Assembly: GCA_964644215.1 (NCBI GenBank)
Contig: CAZXWM010000001.1
Span: 1-38,546, forward strand
Length of the DNA stretch: 38,546 bases
DNA from: an uncultured Phormidium sp.
GTDB lineage: Bacteria > Cyanobacteriota > Cyanobacteriia > Cyanobacteriales > Geitlerinemataceae
Reading direction: 5' to 3'
The translations under genes and the position numbers were made by a program. The stretch's first letter is position 1. Every line of letters begins with the position of its first letter. A model generated the notes under the pieces. It ran no database searches and was not told where the DNA came from. It worked only from the letters and a program-made list of their open reading frames with translations. Shown here in pieces: positions 35,592-38,546 of the stretch.

Positions 35592-38546
35592 TTAATCATC
35601 GGCAGAAGCATCCATCGGAACATCCATTTTGGTATATCCCAACAAATCTCCATGTAATTTGGGGAAGGTAGGAAATCGTTGTAACACGGATTGAGTCCAA
35701 GCTGGGGGACAAAAGGCGGTGATGAGAATCCGCAGCCAGAGTTTAATCACAAAACGACGCTCTTGCCAGAGTTGGGGTTCATATTGGAGTACCGTCCAAA
35801 ACAGTCGTATCGCTAACCGGCCTTGTTGGGGTTTCGGCTCGCCCTCCAAGGCTTTGAAGGTGAGATATTTATAGGAGTTGGCGTAGGTTTGGGCGCGATA
35901 GGCCGGCAAACATTCTGGTTTTTTGGCAAAGGGTTGAACGTCAGGTGCGCGCTCAAAGGCGGCCGCTAAAACTCGCAATTGCGATCGCTCCATGCGAACG
36001 ACATTGGCCGATTGGGAGGTGGGAACTTGTCGATAGCGCAACTGAGGCTTCTCCACAGCCACAAAATGAAACTTCTCCGCCAACCGCAACCACATATCTC
36101 GATCTTCAGCCGGAGGAAAGTCAGGATTAAAGCCACCCACTTGATAGAATGCACCCCGCCACATCATCGCATTAGACCCGCCAGCAATGAAATCACTTAG
36201 CAAAAGTTTAGGATACACATAACCATTGCTAGTGTACTCACAACCCCGTTGCAGAAAGCGACCCGAGATATCAATCCAATCCACCCAACTATAGGCCACC
36301 GCCGGCTGACGGGTCTGATAGAGGGATTCAGCATTGGCGGGAGGCTGCCACTCGACCATAGCGCGATATTGGGATTCGAGTTTATCGCGAGTCCAAAGGT
36401 CATCGGAATCTAGGAAGGCGAAAAACTCCCCTCTCGCGTGACAAGCACCCCGATTGCGACTTTCTCCTTGGCCCGCATTGGGGTAACAGAAGAGTTGCAG
36501 GCGAGAGTCGTCAAAGGCCTTGACGGCGGCGACGGTGTTATCCGTAGAACCGTCGTCGATGACGATAATTTCAAAGTCAGTCCAGGTTTGTGCTAAAACT
36601 GATTCTAGGGTTTCGCCGATGGTGTCTTGGGCGTTGTAGGCGGGGATAATGACGGAGATGGCGGGATAGGGACGCGATCGCGTGTATTGGAAGAGATCTT
36701 CAACCTGAGGAGTCAGTGAACCCGCATCACAGAGGCGAGTCGCCAAACGGGGAGCATTATCCTGATAAATGCGACAGAGGGTTTGTAAGTCCGTCAGTAG
36801 GGTTTGGTAGCGGTGAGCTTGAGGGTCCCAACGTTCGATGTTTTGTAAAAAGCCCAAGGCCAGGCGGCAGTTTTCGGGGGTTAGGGGAGGCTGTAAGGCT
36901 CGATAACTGAGGTATTGGTACAGATTAGTAAAACTTTGCGATCGCAGCGACTGTAGGGCTTGTGGGGCGTTGCTAAACGCCCGTTCTAACACCGTCAGAC
37001 AGGCCGACTCCTGTTGCTGCAATTTCGAGGACATGGAGCTGGCCGTGACGCGATAATAGACCTGTGCCTCAGGAACACAAACAAAGAAATAACGGCGGGC
37101 CAGTTTCAGGAAAAAGTCCCAATCCTCGGCAGCGGCGAGAGATTCATCAAATCCCCCCACCTGTCGCGCCGCTTCAGTACGAATCAGGGCATTAGAGCCA
37201 CTTTCGAGGAAATCGGCTAAGAGTAAATGAGCCAGAGCATCACCATCAAGGTTGAGATGACTACCGGCTTTGAGAACCTGGCCCGCTTCATCAATATAGT
37301 CAGTCCAACTGTAGGCCACGCCATAGAGCGATCGCAGATTGGCATGAGTCTCCCGAGGCTGAGAGAGCTGTTGATATTGAGCCTCTAGCTTCTGGGGATG
37401 CCAGAGATCATCAGCATCGATAAACGAGATATAGGTTCCCCGCGCCTCCTGTAACCCCCGATTACGACTGGCGGCCAGTCCGGCATTGTCGTAGGCCAGC
37501 CGTCGCAGTCGATAGTCGCTGATGCGATCGACGATCGCCGCCGTCTTATCGGTGCAACCATCGTCGATAATCAGCAGTTCAAGATCGGTGAAAGTTTGCT
37601 CCAACACCGAGTCGATGGTGGCCGCGATCGTCGCTTCGCCATTGTAAACGGGGACAACGACGGTAATTAGGGGTTTTGGTGTCACTTGGAGAGTGGCTAA
37701 CCAGCGATGGCTGAGGTTTAAGCGGTCTCCCGTGGCTAGTCGCCGATAGGTTTCAACCAGTAACGCTCCCTCATGTTGGATGCTGGGGTCATCTTGATAC
37801 AGGGTTTTGAGAATTGGCGGCAGTTCGGCGGCCAGGTCTGGGGTCAGGGAATCGCACAAGGCACGGGCCAAGAGATACTTGTATTGGTTATGTTGAGCTT
37901 TACTCTGAAGGTCTGGCGGGTCCTCTGGAGTGATGAAGCTTGCCAGGGTCTCCTCTAAGGCTTGTCGCAACTGCTGCGATTGGCTCAAGCTTGGGCTGGT
38001 CCAGGGGGCCAGTTCCACTAACGTCTCGTCGAGGGCGATGGCCTGGAATTGTTCAGCCAAGGCCACAGCCAGCCGCCAGCCGCCGCCGAAGAGGTCGGAT
38101 TCCTCAAGTTCTAATCCCTCCCGTGCTACAGCCAACCAGGCTTCTCGGCGAATCAGGGGATTTGATAAGGTTTGCCAATGGTAGTAGAGTCGCAGAGCGT
38201 CATAGAGCGTTGTGGTGGGAGCATCGGGGGGAATGGTGGGGATGGGGAGGGGGTTGCCTTGCTGAGAGACTTGGCTATAGGCGATCGCCGTCTGAGGGTC
38301 GTCAGCGGCGGCCAAGGCGGCCACCTGTCGGCTCAGTTTCTCTCGCTGCCAACGGTCTCCCGGTTGAATCCAGGTGATCAGCTCGCCCCGACTCTGGGCC
38401 ACGGCTTGCTCAAGGGCTGTTAAATTGCTGTTTGGGGAGGGGTCAATCCAGCGTAGTCGTGAGTCGTCGAGTGGCTCTGAGGCGCTCTGAGTTTCCCCCA
38501 CTCCGATACAAATGAGTTCAAACTGTTGATAGGTTCCCGCCAGAAC
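35592..38546 (-). CDS. Multi-domain glycosyltransferase with three tandem GT2 modules, 5'-truncated by the window edge
   Basis: The frame is open to 38546 (VLAGTYQQFELICIGVGETQ...). Modules 2 and 3 begin LITVVVPVYN and ISVIIPAYN, with FIDADDLW and FLDSDDLW. Module 1 is degenerate (WIQPGDRW). Confidence 0.88.
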   Translation of the reverse strand, partial: VLAGTYQQFELICIGVGETQSASEPLDDSRLRWIDPSPNSNLTALEQAVAQSRGELITWIQPGDRWQREKLSRQVAALAAADDPQTAIAYSQVSQQGNPLPIPTIPPDAPTTTLYDALRLYYHWQTLSNPLIRREAWLAVAREGLELEESDLFGGGWRLAVALAEQFQAIALDETLVELAPWTSPSLSQSQQLRQALEETLASFITPEDPPDLQSKAQHNQYKYLLARALCDSLTPDLAAELPPILKTLYQDDPSIQHEGALLVETYRRLATGDRLNLSHRWLATLQVTPKPLITVVVPVYNGEATIAATIDSVLEQTFTDLELLIIDDGCTDKTAAIVDRISDYRLRRLAYDNAGLAASRNRGLQEARGTYISFIDADDLWHPQKLEAQYQQLSQPRETHANLRSLYGVAYSWTDYIDEAGQVLKAGSHLNLDGDALAHLLLADFLESGSNALIRTEAARQVGGFDESLAAAEDWDFFLKLARRYFFVCVPEAQVYYRVTASSMSSKLQQQESACLTVLERAFSNAPQALQSLRSQSFTNLYQYLSYRALQPPLTPENCRLALGFLQNIERWDPQAHRYQTLLTDLQTLCRIYQDNAPRLATRLCDAGSLTPQVEDLFQYTRSRPYPAISVIIPAYNAQDTIGETLESVLAQTWTDFEIIVIDDGSTDNTVAAVKAFDDSRLQLFCYPNAGQGESRNRGACHARGEFFAFLDSDDLWTRDKLESQYRAMVEWQPPANAESLYQTRQPAVAYSWVDWIDISGRFLQRGCEYTSNGYVYPKLLLSDFIAGGSNAMMWRGAFYQVGGFNPDFPPAEDRDMWLRLAEKFHFVAVEKPQLRYRQVPTSQSANVVRMERSQLRVLAAAFERAPDVQPFAKKPECLPAYRAQTYANSYKYLTFKALEGEPKPQQGRLAIRLFWTVLQYEPQLWQERRFVIKLWLRILITAFCPPAWTQSVLQRFPTFPKLHGDLLGYTKMDVPMDASADD

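Larger units (their letters stand above)
116..38288. repeat. HIP1 octamer GCGATCGC dispersed across the window
   Basis: Many copies, for example 116-123, 391-398 and 38281-38288. This is the established cyanobacterial highly iterated palindrome. Confidence 0.9.

Noticed and set aside
38499-38501. GTG at 38501 as the start of the triple-GT2 gene
   Set aside because: The frame stays open to the window end and encodes a GT2-like strand, so the real start is probably outside the window.

Overview
Chromosomal window from a cyanobacterium. Evidence: the HIP1 octamer GCGATCGC is abundant, and raf1, ccmO and a cyanobacterial-type 6S RNA are present. The hpsA-like locus suggests a motile filamentous strain. 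Left to right it contains: the 3' part of glpD; tRNA-Gly(CCC); a minus-strand hpsA-hpsB-hpsC-(hpsD-like) minor/pseudopilin operon with a 1702-aa acidic HpsA; rpmB; a divergent raf1/ccmO pair; four consecutive minus-strand histidine kinases (a knotless phytochrome-CBCR kinase, a two-GAF kinase, a Cache-GAF-PAS hybrid kinase with Hpt, and a REC-kinase) with no DNA-binding output; a Pro/Thr-linker SH3 lipoprotein; a WcaI-like GT4; a dihaem cytochrome c; and 6S RNA. The window ends in a minus-strand cluster of more than 11.7 kb that runs off the right edge. It encodes a triple-GT2 protein (first domain degenerate), four paralogous TPR-fused heparan-sulfate-type sulfotransferases, an ABC exporter and a single GT2. 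This cluster is the best candidate for an undescribed system, namely assembly, multi-site sulfation and export of a glycoconjugate. All calls come from reading motifs by eye; no database search was run.
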